This document shows, piece by piece, positions 1 through 9,769 of a DNA stretch of 64,000 nucleotides; within the stretch, counting starts at the first letter, position 1; each line of letters starts with the position of its first letter. The DNA is from an uncultured Acidimicrobiia bacterium. GTDB lineage: Bacteria > Actinomycetota > Acidimicrobiia > Spongiisociales > JAENVV01. The position numbers were made by a program, and so were the translations under genes. Location of the stretch: assembly GCA_965366365.1 (NCBI GenBank), contig CBDUEV010000003.1, positions 28,098 to 92,097 on the forward strand, in the 5' to 3' direction. Under the pieces are notes generated by a model. That model saw only the letters and a program-made list of their open reading frames with translations, made no database searches and was not told the origin of the DNA.

Positions 1-529
1 AGGCGGCCGGCACGCCGTCAGCCTCCGCCATGAACAGGCGCGCCCCCGCCTGGCGTTCCAGTTTGCCGGGATAGTCGGCGAGGGTGCGAACCGTTGCTTC
101 GTTCCGGCCGAGATGGGCCCGCACGTGCTTCTCCAGCAGCTCGACGACATCGTCGTGTTTCACCGCCTGCGCCGTCGGCATCCCCGGAGGCGGCGCGGGT
201 TCCCGCCGCAGGACCATGAGGACGTACTGGCTGGCGGACCAACCCAGTTCGATGAATCCCGGCCGCAGGTCCTCGAAGTATCCGGGTGGATCGACGAGGA
301 CCACTCGATGTTCGAAGCCCGCTCCGCCGAGCAGACGATCTGCCTCAGCGGCCAACTGGTCTGCGGACAGGTCTTGGACACCGTCGACCCACAAGAAGTT
401 CGAGCCGTATCGGAGGGGAAAGTCGTCGTCGAAGTAGGCCGTACCCCACCCCAGGGACTCAACGTGGGTGCTCATCCGCTGCTCGAGGCGGTGCCCAAAA
501 GCTATCGAGCGGGCCTGATCCGTCGTCAT
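1..529 (-). CDS. Partial CDS running off the window edge; possibly a GNAT-family acetyltransferase
   Basis: Manually read open frame from ATG 529 (MTTDQARSIAFGHRLEQRM...GTAYFDDDFPLRYGSNFLWV...GARLFMAEADGVPA) with no stop before position 1. Absent from the ORF track. Family is a guess from the '..RLFMAEADG.PA' strand pattern. Confidence 0.55.
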   Translation of the reverse strand, partial: MTTDQARSIAFGHRLEQRMSTHVESLGWGTAYFDDDFPLRYGSNFLWVDGVQDLSADQLAAEADRLLGGAGFEHRVVLVDPPGYFEDLRPGFIELGWSASQYVLMVLRREPAPPPGMPTAQAVKHDDVVELLEKHVRAHLGRNEATVRTLADYPGKLERQAGARLFMAEADGVPAA

Positions 530-553
530 GACCGACCACGCTAGCGATCCGTC

Positions 554-1057
554 TCAGTCGAGCGGCGATCGATCCCTGACGTCCTCCACGGCCACCAGTG
601 CTTCGCGCAGTTCCGCGATCCAATCGGTCTCGTGACGACTCACCAGGCGCACACACCAGGCCAGTGCCTCCGAACGGCTCCGCGCGATCCCGCCGTCGAT
701 GAGCGTGTCCAAGACCTTCCGCTCCCGCATCCTCAACCGAGTCATCGCCGGGACCGCCAAGTGGGTGAAGAGGATTCCCACCTCCCCGCATCGTGCCCCC
801 CACGACACCTTCCGATCGAATTTCCGTTGTGCTTCGTCTGCGATCTTCATTCGCTGCCGGCGGGTGTCCTCACGAAACCCTTCGATGCGACTCGTGCACG
901 CCAGAGTGCTCTCTTCTTCGCCCGCATCCTCGGAGAGAGCGGGGACCTCGAGCCTTCCGATCACGACGATCTCATCGCGATCGACCTCGACGTCGATATC
1001 GGCGAACCAGCCATCAGGGAGGCGGCCCTTGAACCAGGATTCGATTTCTGTAATCAT
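554..1057 (-). CDS. Conserved actinobacterial hypothetical protein with C-terminal ribbon-helix-helix-like DNA-binding segment
   Basis: ORF 554..1084 trimmed to ATG 1057. C-terminal VPAMTRLRMRERKVLDTLIDGGIARSRSEALAWCVRLV fits the CopG/Arc-type strand-helix-G-x-SRSE-helix pattern. Confidence 0.7.
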   Translation of the reverse strand: MITEIESWFKGRLPDGWFADIDVEVDRDEIVVIGRLEVPALSEDAGEEESTLACTSRIEGFREDTRRQRMKIADEAQRKFDRKVSWGARCGEVGILFTHLAVPAMTRLRMRERKVLDTLIDGGIARSRSEALAWCVRLVSRHETDWIAELREALVAVEDVRDRSPLD

Positions 1058-1073
1058 GATTACATCATTACAT
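1049..1073. promoter_or_regulatory. Operator-like site: 16-bp palindrome TGTAATCATGATTACA plus an 8-bp-period TGTAAT repeat over the start codon
   Basis: Perfect palindrome 1049-1064. Minus strand 1073-1059 reads ATGTAATGATGTAAT, identical to 42125-42139. Confidence 0.65.
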
Positions 1074-1093
1074 ACCCCGGACACACGGTCAAC

Positions 1094-1657
1094 CTACTGC
1101 ACGCTCACCTGCACGAGACGGGCGACCGCTTCCTCGTACCAACCTCCGGCAGCCAACACCGCCAGGACGCCGAGCCCCACCGCGGGCCAGACCGGTCGCT
1201 TGCCCACCCAACGAGCTCCGATGGTTTGCACGAAGAGGCCGAGGCCGACCGGAACCATTGACAGCCCCACGCCGTAGGCAACCAGCGGCAGCATGGCGCT
1301 CCAGGGATCGGTGCCGGCCATGGTCAACGCCGATCCGAGATGGAGCCCGACGCACGGCTGCCACATCCAGGCGGCCGCGGCGCCGGCGACGACCGCCCCC
1401 ACCGGCGGCGCCCACCACCAACGCAGTACGAACAGGGCGATTGCGGCGAGGAAGCCTCCGGCGACGATCCAGCCTCGAGGCGGCATGGCGAAGAAACCAC
1501 CCGCACGGAGCCACAGCATCACTCCGATGGTGAGAGCGTAGATGGTGGAAGTCAGCAAGGCCCGTTGGCTGCCGATCACCGCCACCAGCACGCCAGGCAC
1601 CACGATCGCCGCCGCACAGGGAAGGAGTACGTCGCCCAGACCCTCGAGAAAGATCAC
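1094..1657 (-). CDS. CcdA/DsbD-like transmembrane electron-transfer protein
   Basis: Hydrophobic 187 aa with two Pro-Cys motifs (LLPCA, WQPCVG); start overlaps the redoxin stop. Confidence 0.7.
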   Translation of the reverse strand: MIFLEGLGDVLLPCAAAIVVPGVLVAVIGSQRALLTSTIYALTIGVMLWLRAGGFFAMPPRGWIVAGGFLAAIALFVLRWWWAPPVGAVVAGAAAAWMWQPCVGLHLGSALTMAGTDPWSAMLPLVAYGVGLSMVPVGLGLFVQTIGARWVGKRPVWPAVGLGVLAVLAAGGWYEEAVARLVQVSVQ

Positions 1658-2271
1658 GCTTGGCTGAGGAGCGTGGCCACCGTTCGTTCGAGCTCGTCGT
1701 AGGCACCCTCACCGATCCGGTCGAACCGAATCCGACCGTCTTGGTCAACGACGAAGGTGCGCGGCCAGTAGGCGGGACTGCCCTGCCACGCAAAGAAGTT
1801 TCGTTTGTTCGTGTCCAACGCAATGGGCCAGGTGACCCCCAAGTCGGCGGCGGCTGCGCTGATCGCCTCGGGATCCTTTTCTCGGTCGAATTCGGGAGAA
1901 TGTACTCCCACGATCTCCATGCCCAGGTCGCCGTAGTCGGCGTACAAGGCCTGGAGGTGGGGAAGGGTGTTCTTGCAGTTGTAGCAACCGAAGGTCCAGA
2001 ACTGTACGACGACGACTCTCCCGCGCAATTCTTCGAGGGACTCGACGTCCGATTGCAGCCACCCGTCGAGATCCGCCAGGGTCCCGGCCTCGCCGAGATC
2101 CGGCGGCACGAAAGCAGGCTCGGGGATCACGGAGGTGGCCGGGATGACGGAGGTGGCCGGGGTGTCGGGTGCGGTGGTGGTCGACGGCGTCGCGGAGTCA
2201 CCGACGGCGTCGCCCGCCGCACAGGCGCTCAGTGACAGGCTCAGGGCGAGGAGGGCAGTCAGCTGCCTCAC
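1654..2271 (-). CDS. TlpA/DipZ-like redoxin lipoprotein
   Basis: Lipobox LSAC; FWTFGCYNC active site; GVHSPEF and YWP motifs. Confidence 0.85.
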   Translation of the reverse strand: MRQLTALLALSLSLSACAAGDAVGDSATPSTTTAPDTPATSVIPATSVIPEPAFVPPDLGEAGTLADLDGWLQSDVESLEELRGRVVVVQFWTFGCYNCKNTLPHLQALYADYGDLGMEIVGVHSPEFDREKDPEAISAAAADLGVTWPIALDTNKRNFFAWQGSPAYWPRTFVVDQDGRIRFDRIGEGAYDELERTVATLLSQA

Positions 2272-3833
2272 GCCACACCCACGCTCACGGAGCGCGTGTG
2301 GTACCCGGTGGCGCCATCCGGTCGAGGTTCGGCCAACTCCTCGGTCTGGGTGTGGCCGGTTCGGTCGGTCGCTCTCACCTGGATGGTGTGGGAACCGGCG
2401 GACATCTCCGTCCTAAGGATCCATTGGCGCCAAGCGTCGTCGCTCAGCGAGTCCCCCAGATCGGCGTCTTGCCAGGCTCCATCGTCGACTCGAACCTCGA
2501 CCCTTTCGATCCCCTTATTGGGAGCCCACGCCACGCCGGCCACGTTGACCGGCCCCGCCATCAGCGTGGCGTTGGCGGCAGGCACATCGATTCGCGATTG
2601 GGTCTTGATGGGCGCTTCTTTGGACCAACCGCGCGGTACCCAGTAGGCGTCGAAGCCTTCCCAGGTGGTCAGCTCGATTTCCGAGAGCCACTTGGTGGCG
2701 GAGACGTAGCCGTACAACCCGGCCACGACCAGACGCGCCGGGAAGCCGTGGTCGAACGGAAGAGGTTCGCCGTTCATGCCGACGGCGATGAGGGCATCTC
2801 GTCCGTCGAAGGCCGCTTCTGTGGGAAAACCGACGGTGAAATCGTCCACCGACCGGCCGACGATCTGGGTGGCTCCGGATTGGATCCCGGCGCGTTCGAG
2901 CACGTCGGACAGCAGGACGCCCTGCCACTTGGCCGTCCCGACCAGGCTTCCGCCCACCTTGTTGGAAACGCAAGAAAGCGTGATGTAGCGCTCGACCATC
3001 GGCAGCTCAAGCAGGTCGTCGAACGTGAGCTCGTAGGGAGTGTCGACCATGCCGGTGATCTTCAAAGACCATCCGGCCGGATCGACGTGCGGCGTCATCA
3101 CGGCAGTATCGATCTTGTAGAACTGGTCGTTTGGGGTGATGACGGGGACCGCCCCCTCTACCTGCGCACCGGCCGGCGGAGCCGCGATGGGGCGTCGCAC
3201 TCCGGGAAGGATCACATCGGCTCGCAGAGCCGCCGACTCCATCCGATTCACGAGCCACCTCCCGACCCCGGCGCCCACCACCGCCAGCGCCGCCACTGCC
3301 CCGGCCCCCTTGAAGAAGTCCCGACGCCCGCGGTCGTGCTGCGTCCAGCGGTCACCGCTGCCCAGTCGGTGAAGGAAGGCGAGGGCAGCCAGCCCGGCGA
3401 CGACGGCGGCCACCGAGGCGGCCACCACGGACGTGGGGTCGTTGAGCGGATCCACCAACCCGGCGGCTAGGCCCAGAGCTCCGAAGGCAACGAATCCCAC
3501 CAACGCCACCCAGAACCTCCTCGCCGCAAGTCGCCCGACGATGGCGCCGATCAGCAGACTGACCACGAGAATGCCGATCACGAGAGCCAGCTTGTCGTAG
3601 ATCCCGAACACGCGAATCGCCCATTTGGCCACCGCCGAGGGAACGGTGTCGATGGTGAAGTCGGCGATGGAAGGCACGAGCGATCGACCGGAGCCGATCA
3701 GGCTGGGCACGAGCTCGGACGCACCGAGGGCGGCGCCTACGGCGAGGGCTCCGGAGAGCGCTGCGAAGCGGGTGGTGAGCGAGGGAGGGGGACCTTCGGA
3801 GGTTTCGCCTGGAGGCGCGTCTGTGGTGTGCAT
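2268..3833 (-). CDS. Membrane-anchored molybdopterin-dependent oxidoreductase (sulfite oxidase/MsrP family)
   Basis: N-terminal TM helices, internal GRRDFFK twin-Arg motif, LSCVSN Mo-ligand Cys, DHGFPARLVVAGLYGYVSATKW, C-terminal Ig-like domain. Start chosen at ATG 3833. Confidence 0.85.
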   Translation of the reverse strand: MHTTDAPPGETSEGPPPSLTTRFAALSGALAVGAALGASELVPSLIGSGRSLVPSIADFTIDTVPSAVAKWAIRVFGIYDKLALVIGILVVSLLIGAIVGRLAARRFWVALVGFVAFGALGLAAGLVDPLNDPTSVVAASVAAVVAGLAALAFLHRLGSGDRWTQHDRGRRDFFKGAGAVAALAVVGAGVGRWLVNRMESAALRADVILPGVRRPIAAPPAGAQVEGAVPVITPNDQFYKIDTAVMTPHVDPAGWSLKITGMVDTPYELTFDDLLELPMVERYITLSCVSNKVGGSLVGTAKWQGVLLSDVLERAGIQSGATQIVGRSVDDFTVGFPTEAAFDGRDALIAVGMNGEPLPFDHGFPARLVVAGLYGYVSATKWLSEIELTTWEGFDAYWVPRGWSKEAPIKTQSRIDVPAANATLMAGPVNVAGVAWAPNKGIERVEVRVDDGAWQDADLGDSLSDDAWRQWILRTEMSAGSHTIQVRATDRTGHTQTEELAEPRPDGATGYHTRSVSVGVA

Positions 3834-3987
3834 GCCGCCAGAGTGGATCGTGGCGGTCCCAAAGGCAAGAGCAAAGCCAGGTTGTTCCGCTCCTGTTAAT
3901 CGGGAACATCCCGCCAAATTTGAGTTTGTGTGCCATTTTCGGCGGTGAGCACGTAGGGTGGGCGGCGACGATGCCGGAGAGCGATTC

Positions 3988-5184
3988 ATGACCGTTTTCG
4001 ACCCGTGGGACCCGTCGGTCCGCGCCAACCCCCATCCCCTCTACCACCGGATGCGGAACGAGGCACCGGTCTATCGCGCCACCGGACCTCTCTCGGGCGA
4101 AGGCATTTGGTTTCTGACGCGCTACGAGGACTGTGACACCGCCCTCCGGGATCGCAGGATCGGCAAAGAAATCGAGAAGCATGTCCCCGGCGCCGGTGCG
4201 GTCGATGTTCCCCAGACCGGTTTTGAGGTCTTGAATCGCAACCTTCTGTTCGTGGACCCACCGGACCACACTCGCCTGAGACGCCTGGTCTCGACCGCAT
4301 TCACCTCCCGTACCGTGGCAGCCCTGGAGCCTCGCATCGCCGAAATCGCCTCCGACCTGATCCAGCAGATGCGGGCGAAGAGAGAAGTCGATCTCATCGC
4401 CGAATACGCCTTTCCTTTGCCCGTCACCGTGATCGCCGAGATGCTGGGGATTCCCGCCGCCGACCGGGACCTGTTTCGCAACTGGACCAAACGCCTGTTG
4501 TTCACCGATGACGAAATGGACGCGCAACTCGCCGGACTCGAATTCATTGCCTACATGAACGATCAGATCGCCATCCGGAAGAACGACCCGCGCGACGATC
4601 TCCTCAGCCGATTGCTGCACGCCGAGGAGGACGGCGATCGTCTCGATCACGCCGAGTTGCTGGCCATGGTCCTTCTCCTCCTCGTGGCAGGACACGAGAC
4701 GACCGTCAACCTGATCGGCAACGGCACCCTGGCTCTGGTTCAGAACCCGGACCAACTGGCCAAGCTGCGCGCCAATCCGGACCTCATGGAGGGAGCCATC
4801 GAGGAGATGCTCCGCTACGACGGGCCGGTGGAGGTGCCGACTCTACGGTGGGCGTTCGAGCCCATCACCGTGGGTGACCAGGTCATCCCCGCAGGTGAAT
4901 TGGTGGTCCCGGTGCTTCTCGCCGCCAACCGCGACCCCGCCCAGTTCGAGGATCCCGATCGATTCGAGATCACCCGCACACCCAATCGACACATCGCATT
5001 CGGCAGCGGCATCCATCATTGCCTGGGAGCACCCCTGGCCAGACTCGAAGCCAGGGTGGCCTTTGCGGCACTGCTGGCCGAGTTCTCGGAGATCGACATG
5101 GCCGTACCCCGGGAGGACCTTCGCTGGAACATGATGCTGTTCCTCAGGGGCATGAAAGCGCTCCCGCTGGCCGTCGATCGATGA
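3988..5184 (+). CDS. Cytochrome P450 (CYP107-like)
   Basis: AGHETT I-helix, EEMLR Exx[11 protein letters not shown] heme motif; GGAGA RBS before ATG 3988. Confidence 0.95.
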   Translation: MTVFDPWDPSVRANPHPLYHRMRNEAPVYRATGPLSGEGIWFLTRYEDCDTALRDRRIGKEIEKHVPGAGAVDVPQTGFEVLNRNLLFVDPPDHTRLRRLVSTAFTSRTVAALEPRIAEIASDLIQQMRAKREVDLIAEYAFPLPVTVIAEMLGIPAADRDLFRNWTKRLLFTDDEMDAQLAGLEFIAYMNDQIAIRKNDPRDDLLSRLLHAEEDGDRLDHAELLAMVLLLLVAGHETTVNLIGNGTLALVQNPDQLAKLRANPDLMEGAIEEMLRYDGPVEVPTLRWAFEPITVGDQVIPAGELVVPVLLAANRDPAQFEDPDRFEITRTPNRHIAFGSGIHHCLGAPLARLEARVAFAALLAEFSEIDMAVPREDLRWNMMLFLRGMKALPLAVDR

Positions 5185-5936
5185 CCGTCCGAGTAGAGCG
5201 AGAGGGGCCGGTCACCACCGTCGTCTTGAGCCGCCCGGAAGTGAAGAACGCAGTCGATCCCGCCACAGCGGACGCCCTCCGCGCCGCTTTCGTCGAGTTC
5301 GACCGGGACGACGCCCAGTTGACGGCTGTGCTGTGGGGCGAAGGCGGCACCTTCTGTTCCGGATTCGATTTGAGCGTGGCAGCCTCGGGGTCCCTGGACT
5401 ACGACCCCGAGGGCGAGGGACCCATGGGGCCGACCCGCATGATGCTCTCGAAACCGGTCGTCGCCGCCGTGGAAGGTCACGCCGTGGCAGGCGGGCTCGA
5501 GCTGGCGCTGTGGTGCGATCTGCGGGTCGCCGCCCAGGACGCCACCTTCGGCGTCTTCTCTCGCCGATGGGGCGTGCCGTTGATCGACGGGGGCACGGTT
5601 CGGCTGCCTCGCCTCGTCGGCCAGGGCCGAGCTCTGGACATGATCCTCACCGGTCGGGCCGTCGATGCCGACGAGGCCCAAAGCTGGGGACTGGCCGACC
5701 GGGTGGTTCCTCCTGGTGCGGCTCGGTCCGTCGCCGAGCAGCTTGCCCACCGCATTGCTGCGTTTCCGCAGGCTTGTGTCCGGGCAGATCGTTACGCTTG
5801 CATCACCCAATGGGGGGAGGAGTGGTCCGCCGCCCTCCGGAACGAAGGACTGGGTGGGGTTCTACCCCTTCGCACGGCCGCCGAGGGAGCATCCCGATTC
5901 GTGCAAGGCGAAGGCCGGGGAGGAACGGGAGTCTGA
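5181..5936 (+). CDS. Enoyl-CoA hydratase/isomerase (crotonase) family
   Basis: FCSGFDL, AVAGGLELALWCDLRVA; ATGA overlap with the P450 stop. Confidence 0.9.
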   Translation: MTVRVEREGPVTTVVLSRPEVKNAVDPATADALRAAFVEFDRDDAQLTAVLWGEGGTFCSGFDLSVAASGSLDYDPEGEGPMGPTRMMLSKPVVAAVEGHAVAGGLELALWCDLRVAAQDATFGVFSRRWGVPLIDGGTVRLPRLVGQGRALDMILTGRAVDADEAQSWGLADRVVPPGAARSVAEQLAHRIAAFPQACVRADRYACITQWGEEWSAALRNEGLGGVLPLRTAAEGASRFVQGEGRGGTGV

Positions 5937-6740
5937 ATGGCGTGGCGTTTGGTTTTCGACGGAGCTCAGCTCGTCGGCCAGTCGAGCGGGGAAGGCGACG
6001 GTCTTGTCTTTCTGCACGCCGGCGTCGCCGACCGGCGGAGCTGGGCCGAGTCTCAATCGGAGATCTCGGCCACCCACCACGCCGTGTCCTACGACCGCCG
6101 CGGCTTCGGTGAGACGAGCTACGAAGAAGGGTCCTTCTCTCACCTGGACGACCTCTGCGCCGTTCTCGACCATCAGAAGATCGAGACCGTCACCCTGGTA
6201 GGAAACTCGATGGGCGGCGGCCTGGCTCTCGACTTTGCCCTGGCCTTCCCCGACCGGGTGAGCGGTTTGGTCCTGATCGGAACGGCCGTGTCGGGCGCCC
6301 CGCCACCGAAGGACATGTCCGAGCCCCTTCTCTCGCTCGACGCCGCACTCGACGCCGCAGACGAGGTAGGCGATCTGGAGGCCGTCAACCGTCTCGAAGC
6401 ACACCTGTGGCTGGACGGGCCGGCCGGACCCGAGGGACGCGTGACGGGTGAGGTGCGAGAACTGTTCCTCGAGATGAACGGACGCGCCCTGGCCGCCCCC
6501 GGCCCTGGCGACGAGCGGCCCCGCCCGCCCGCTTTCGACCGGCTCGGCGACATCGCCGCGCCAACCCTCGTGTTGGTGGGAAGCCTCGATCTCCCTTTCA
6601 TCGTCGAACGCTCGACGCTGGTCGCCAACCAGATTCCGCAGGGTGAGTTCCTCGAAATTGCCGGCGTGGCCCACCTGCCCGCCATGGAGCGTCCGGACCT
6701 CTTCCTGCCGGTGCTGGAAGATTTCCTTCACCGGCTCTGA
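5937..6740 (+). CDS. Alpha/beta hydrolase
   Basis: FLHAG, DRRGFG, GNSMGG nucleophile elbow, C-terminal AHL. Confidence 0.9.
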   Translation: MAWRLVFDGAQLVGQSSGEGDGLVFLHAGVADRRSWAESQSEISATHHAVSYDRRGFGETSYEEGSFSHLDDLCAVLDHQKIETVTLVGNSMGGGLALDFALAFPDRVSGLVLIGTAVSGAPPPKDMSEPLLSLDAALDAADEVGDLEAVNRLEAHLWLDGPAGPEGRVTGEVRELFLEMNGRALAAPGPGDERPRPPAFDRLGDIAAPTLVLVGSLDLPFIVERSTLVANQIPQGEFLEIAGVAHLPAMERPDLFLPVLEDFLHRL

Positions 6741-6784
6741 CGGGATCGCGGCCCGCTCCTCGGGTGAGGGCGCTCCAGTCCTGC

Positions 6785-7609
6785 TCAGTCGAGGAAAATG
6801 TCGGTCTGGAGGTCTGCGTCGGCGCGGTAGGCATAGCCCGAGAGATCGGTGATGCCTTCCTCGGCGAGTACCTCATCGTCGATGTAGAAGTTGCCCGTGG
6901 CGTTCCGGCTCGGTCGGCAGAAGATGGCGTAGGCGGCGTCAGCCATGATCTCGGGCTTGCGTGACCGAGCCATGGCCTCGTCTCCACCGAGGAGATTCTG
7001 GACGGCAGCGGTGGCGATGATCGTGCGAGGCCACAAGCTGTTGACTGCGATCCCATCCGAGGCGAACTCGGCCGACATCCCCAGGGTGCACATGCTCATG
7101 CCGTATTTGGCGATGGTGTATGCGGCATGGTTTTGAAACCAGTGTTGGGCCATGTTGAGCGGAGGACTGAGGGTGAGAATGTGAGCGTTGGCGGATTTCT
7201 TGAGTACCGGCAGGCAGGCCTTCGACACGAGGAAGGTACCGCGAGTATTGATCGTCTGCATGAGGTCGTATGACTTCATGGAGAGCGCTTCGGTCCCCCG
7301 CAGGTCGATCGCCGAGGCGTTGTTCACGCACAGATCGATCCCGCCGAACTCGGCAACCGTCCGCTCGACAGCCTCCAACACCTGATCTTCGAACCGGATG
7401 TCCCCCACGATGGGCAGGGCCTTCCCGCCCGCTGCCTCGATCTCAGCCGCGGCGGTGAACACCGTTCCCTCGAGCCGCGGATGGGGTTCCGCCGTCTTGG
7501 CCACCAGGGCCACGTTGGCGCCGTCCGCAGCGACCCGTTTGGCGATGGCCAGGCCGATGCCACGGCTGGCTCCTGAAACGAACATCGTCTTCCCTGTCAG
7601 CGCTGCCAC
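6785..7609 (-). CDS. Short-chain dehydrogenase (HSDL2-like)
   Basis: SGASRGIG, NNASAI, YTIAKYGMS, NSLWPRT. Confidence 0.92.
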   Translation of the reverse strand: MAALTGKTMFVSGASRGIGLAIAKRVAADGANVALVAKTAEPHPRLEGTVFTAAAEIEAAGGKALPIVGDIRFEDQVLEAVERTVAEFGGIDLCVNNASAIDLRGTEALSMKSYDLMQTINTRGTFLVSKACLPVLKKSANAHILTLSPPLNMAQHWFQNHAAYTIAKYGMSMCTLGMSAEFASDGIAVNSLWPRTIIATAAVQNLLGGDEAMARSRKPEIMADAAYAIFCRPSRNATGNFYIDDEVLAEEGITDLSGYAYRADADLQTDIFLD

Positions 7610-7625
7610 GTCTTCATCCCATCAG

Positions 7626-7639
7626 TTAACGAACGTTTA
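7626..7639. promoter_or_regulatory. Imperfect palindrome TTAACGAACGTTTA, possible TetR-type operator between divergent lipid-catabolism genes
   Basis: AT-rich AACG-N2-CGTT dyad in the 78-bp SDR/crotonase intergenic region. Confidence 0.4.
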
Positions 7640-7687
7640 CATCCGCATAGTAGATTATCCAAACACCACACGATCAGAGGACGGGCG

Positions 7688-8350
7688 ATGAGTTACGAAC
7701 TGACCCGCCAGGGCGACGTATTCGTCTTGACCATGGACGAGGGAGAGAACCGCTTCAATCGGGAGTCGCTCAGTCTGCTCAACACTTTCCTGGACGAAGT
7801 CGAGGCCGCCGAGGGTCCGGCCGCCCTCGTCACCACCGGGGTTGGCAAGTTCTACTCCAACGGCCTCGACCTCGAATGGATCATGAGCGGCCAAGCCGAC
7901 ATGACGCTCGGGGAGCTGGCCGGCGAGACCCAACGGTTCCTCGCCCGAACCCTCACGTTCCCCCGCCCGACCGTCGCCGCCATCAACGGACACTGTTTCG
8001 CCGCCGCCGCCATGTGGTCGCTTTGTCACGACTTCCGCATCATGCGGGCCGATCGCGGATTCTGGAGCCTGCCCGAGGTGGATATCCGAATCCCGTTCAC
8101 CGACGGCATGGGCGCACTGATCCAGGGCCGGCTCGATCCCCAGACAGCACACCTCGCCATGACGACCGCCCATCGGTTCGGTGGCGAAGCAGCCGCAGCC
8201 AGGAGCATCGTGGACGAGACGGCCACCGAATCCGACGTTCTGGAGCGCGCGGTCACCTTGGCGGGCGAGCTGGCCGGGAAGGACCCCGCCACGCTGGGCG
8301 CCATCAAGACGGGCATGTACGGCTCGATCGTCACCGCCCTCATTCCCTGA
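7688..8350 (+). CDS. Enoyl-CoA hydratase/delta-isomerase family
   Basis: KFYSNGLDL, TVAAINGHCFAA, LPEVDI. Confidence 0.9.
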   Translation: MSYELTRQGDVFVLTMDEGENRFNRESLSLLNTFLDEVEAAEGPAALVTTGVGKFYSNGLDLEWIMSGQADMTLGELAGETQRFLARTLTFPRPTVAAINGHCFAAAAMWSLCHDFRIMRADRGFWSLPEVDIRIPFTDGMGALIQGRLDPQTAHLAMTTAHRFGGEAAAARSIVDETATESDVLERAVTLAGELAGKDPATLGAIKTGMYGSIVTALIP

Positions 8351-8459
8351 CTCGATCATCGCCACCGGGGTTGGTCGCCCGGGAGGGCAGACGCCCGGAG
8401 ATCGAGCGGCCTCGACGGCCCGCCCGACCTGGCGTGACGAAACCGCCCTATCGCCGCTC

Positions 8460-9140
8460 TCAGTTGCGACCTGCGATCGACTCCAAAGTCGGTCGGTCGA
8501 CGATGTGCACGCGCCGATAGGCGGTGGCGACGGCCCCCGTTTCGCGCAGAAGCCCCAGCGCCTCGTTGACGGTTTGGCGGCTGGCGCCCAGCAACTCCGC
8601 CATGCCTGCCTGGGATAGATGCACGTCACCTCGCACGTCGCACTCGTCGAGAATCAGCTCCGCGACTTGTTCCCTCACGGTGCGTTGCATGAGGCCGAGA
8701 ACGCGTCGCTGAGTCGACTCGAGCTGCGTCAAACCTGCCACCAGCCAGCGCAGCGTGATCACCGGGCGCTGTACGAGGACCGGCAGCAGCAGATCACGAT
8801 CGAACCTGAAGGCAACGAGTCGCATGGTCGCTCGGGCGGAGAGCTTGTAGGGCTCACCCTGAAACATGGCGATGTCGCCCAACACAGACCCGGTGCCCGC
8901 CCTACCCACCGTTCGCTTGGCCGATCTCGCGCCTCGGTAGAGCTCGACCTGGCCACTCTCGAGAACAAAGGCGGAGCGGGACTCCTCTCCTTCCTTGAAC
9001 AGGTGAGTGCCGGGATACTTCTCGATCACCTCGCCCGTCGAGGCAAGTGCTTCCAGGTCGGACTCCCTGAGCGGAAGGTAGTCGGTGCGTCCAAAGCTGC
9101 GCGCCAACCAGGCGAAATGCCTCCGGTCGCTTTCGTCCAT
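8460..9140 (-). CDS. Crp/Fnr-family transcriptional regulator
   Basis: cNMP-binding domain (LFKEGE...LESGQV...GSVLGD) and HTH (LSQAGMAELLGASRQTVNEAL); GAGGAG RBS before ATG 9140. Confidence 0.9.
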   Translation of the reverse strand: MDESDRRHFAWLARSFGRTDYLPLRESDLEALASTGEVIEKYPGTHLFKEGEESRSAFVLESGQVELYRGARSAKRTVGRAGTGSVLGDIAMFQGEPYKLSARATMRLVAFRFDRDLLLPVLVQRPVITLRWLVAGLTQLESTQRRVLGLMQRTVREQVAELILDECDVRGDVHLSQAGMAELLGASRQTVNEALGLLRETGAVATAYRRVHIVDRPTLESIAGRN

Positions 9141-9241
9141 GGCGGGCTCTCCTCGTTGGACTCGACAACGCCGGCTGGTCCCAAACCCTTCCGACGCGGT
9201 CCGATTCGCCAGCTCCGACACCTCGGGTAGCATGCGCTCCC

Positions 9242-9769
9242 ATGCATCCTCTGAGCGGCCCACTCTTCGTTGCCCTGGTCGTCCTCACCCTTGGCGGGGT
9301 TCTCAAAATCGTCCGACCTGACGACACGGCCAACGCCATGCGAGCGATGGGACTGCCGTCGCACCGGGCTCTCGTCCGGTCGATGGGGGGAGCCGAGGTA
9401 GCTCTCGGCCTCAGCACTCTGGTGTGGGCGATGCCGATCCTGGCCTTTGCGGTCGCCGTGGCATATGTGGCGTTTGCCGGCTTCGTCCTCCTCGCCCTCC
9501 GCAGAGGACTCTCCATCCAGTCCTGCGGCTGTTTCGGTCGGGTCGACACTCCTCCGTCGGCCGCTCACCTGGCCGTCAACCTCTCGGCGGCGGCCACTGC
9601 AGTCGGCTGGGCCGTCACCGCCGACCGTTCGTTCGTGTCCCAACTCGGCGACCATCTGGCGGAGGGCATTCCGTTGTTGGTGTTGAGCCTGGTGGGGGTG
9701 TACCTCGTCTACGTCGCTCTGACCGCCTTCCCCGAGACCATGGCCGAAGTCCGGAGGCGGGCAACGTGA
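9242..9769 (+). CDS. MauE/DoxX-family membrane protein
   Basis: GGVLKI, AEVALG, SCGCFG motif typical of MauE; about 5 TM segments. Confidence 0.8.
   Translation: MHPLSGPLFVALVVLTLGGVLKIVRPDDTANAMRAMGLPSHRALVRSMGGAEVALGLSTLVWAMPILAFAVAVAYVAFAGFVLLALRRGLSIQSCGCFGRVDTPPSAAHLAVNLSAAATAVGWAVTADRSFVSQLGDHLAEGIPLLVLSLVGVYLVYVALTAFPETMAEVRRRAT

Noticed and set aside
2122-2162. 18-bp tandem duplication (PATSVI x2); similar 21-bp duplication near 33488-33527
   Set aside because: In-frame slippage in low-complexity linkers; no sign of phase variation.
3840-3960. AT-richer intergenic region with a TGTTCC/GGAACA inverted repeat upstream of the Mo enzyme, considered as a Moco riboswitch
   Set aside because: No recognisable Moco-motif consensus; more simply divergent promoters or a regulator site.
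9424-9765. N-terminal extension of the 573-aa ORF
   Set aside because: Overlaps the mauE-like gene; RBS, GTGA coupling and Tat motif point to start 9766.
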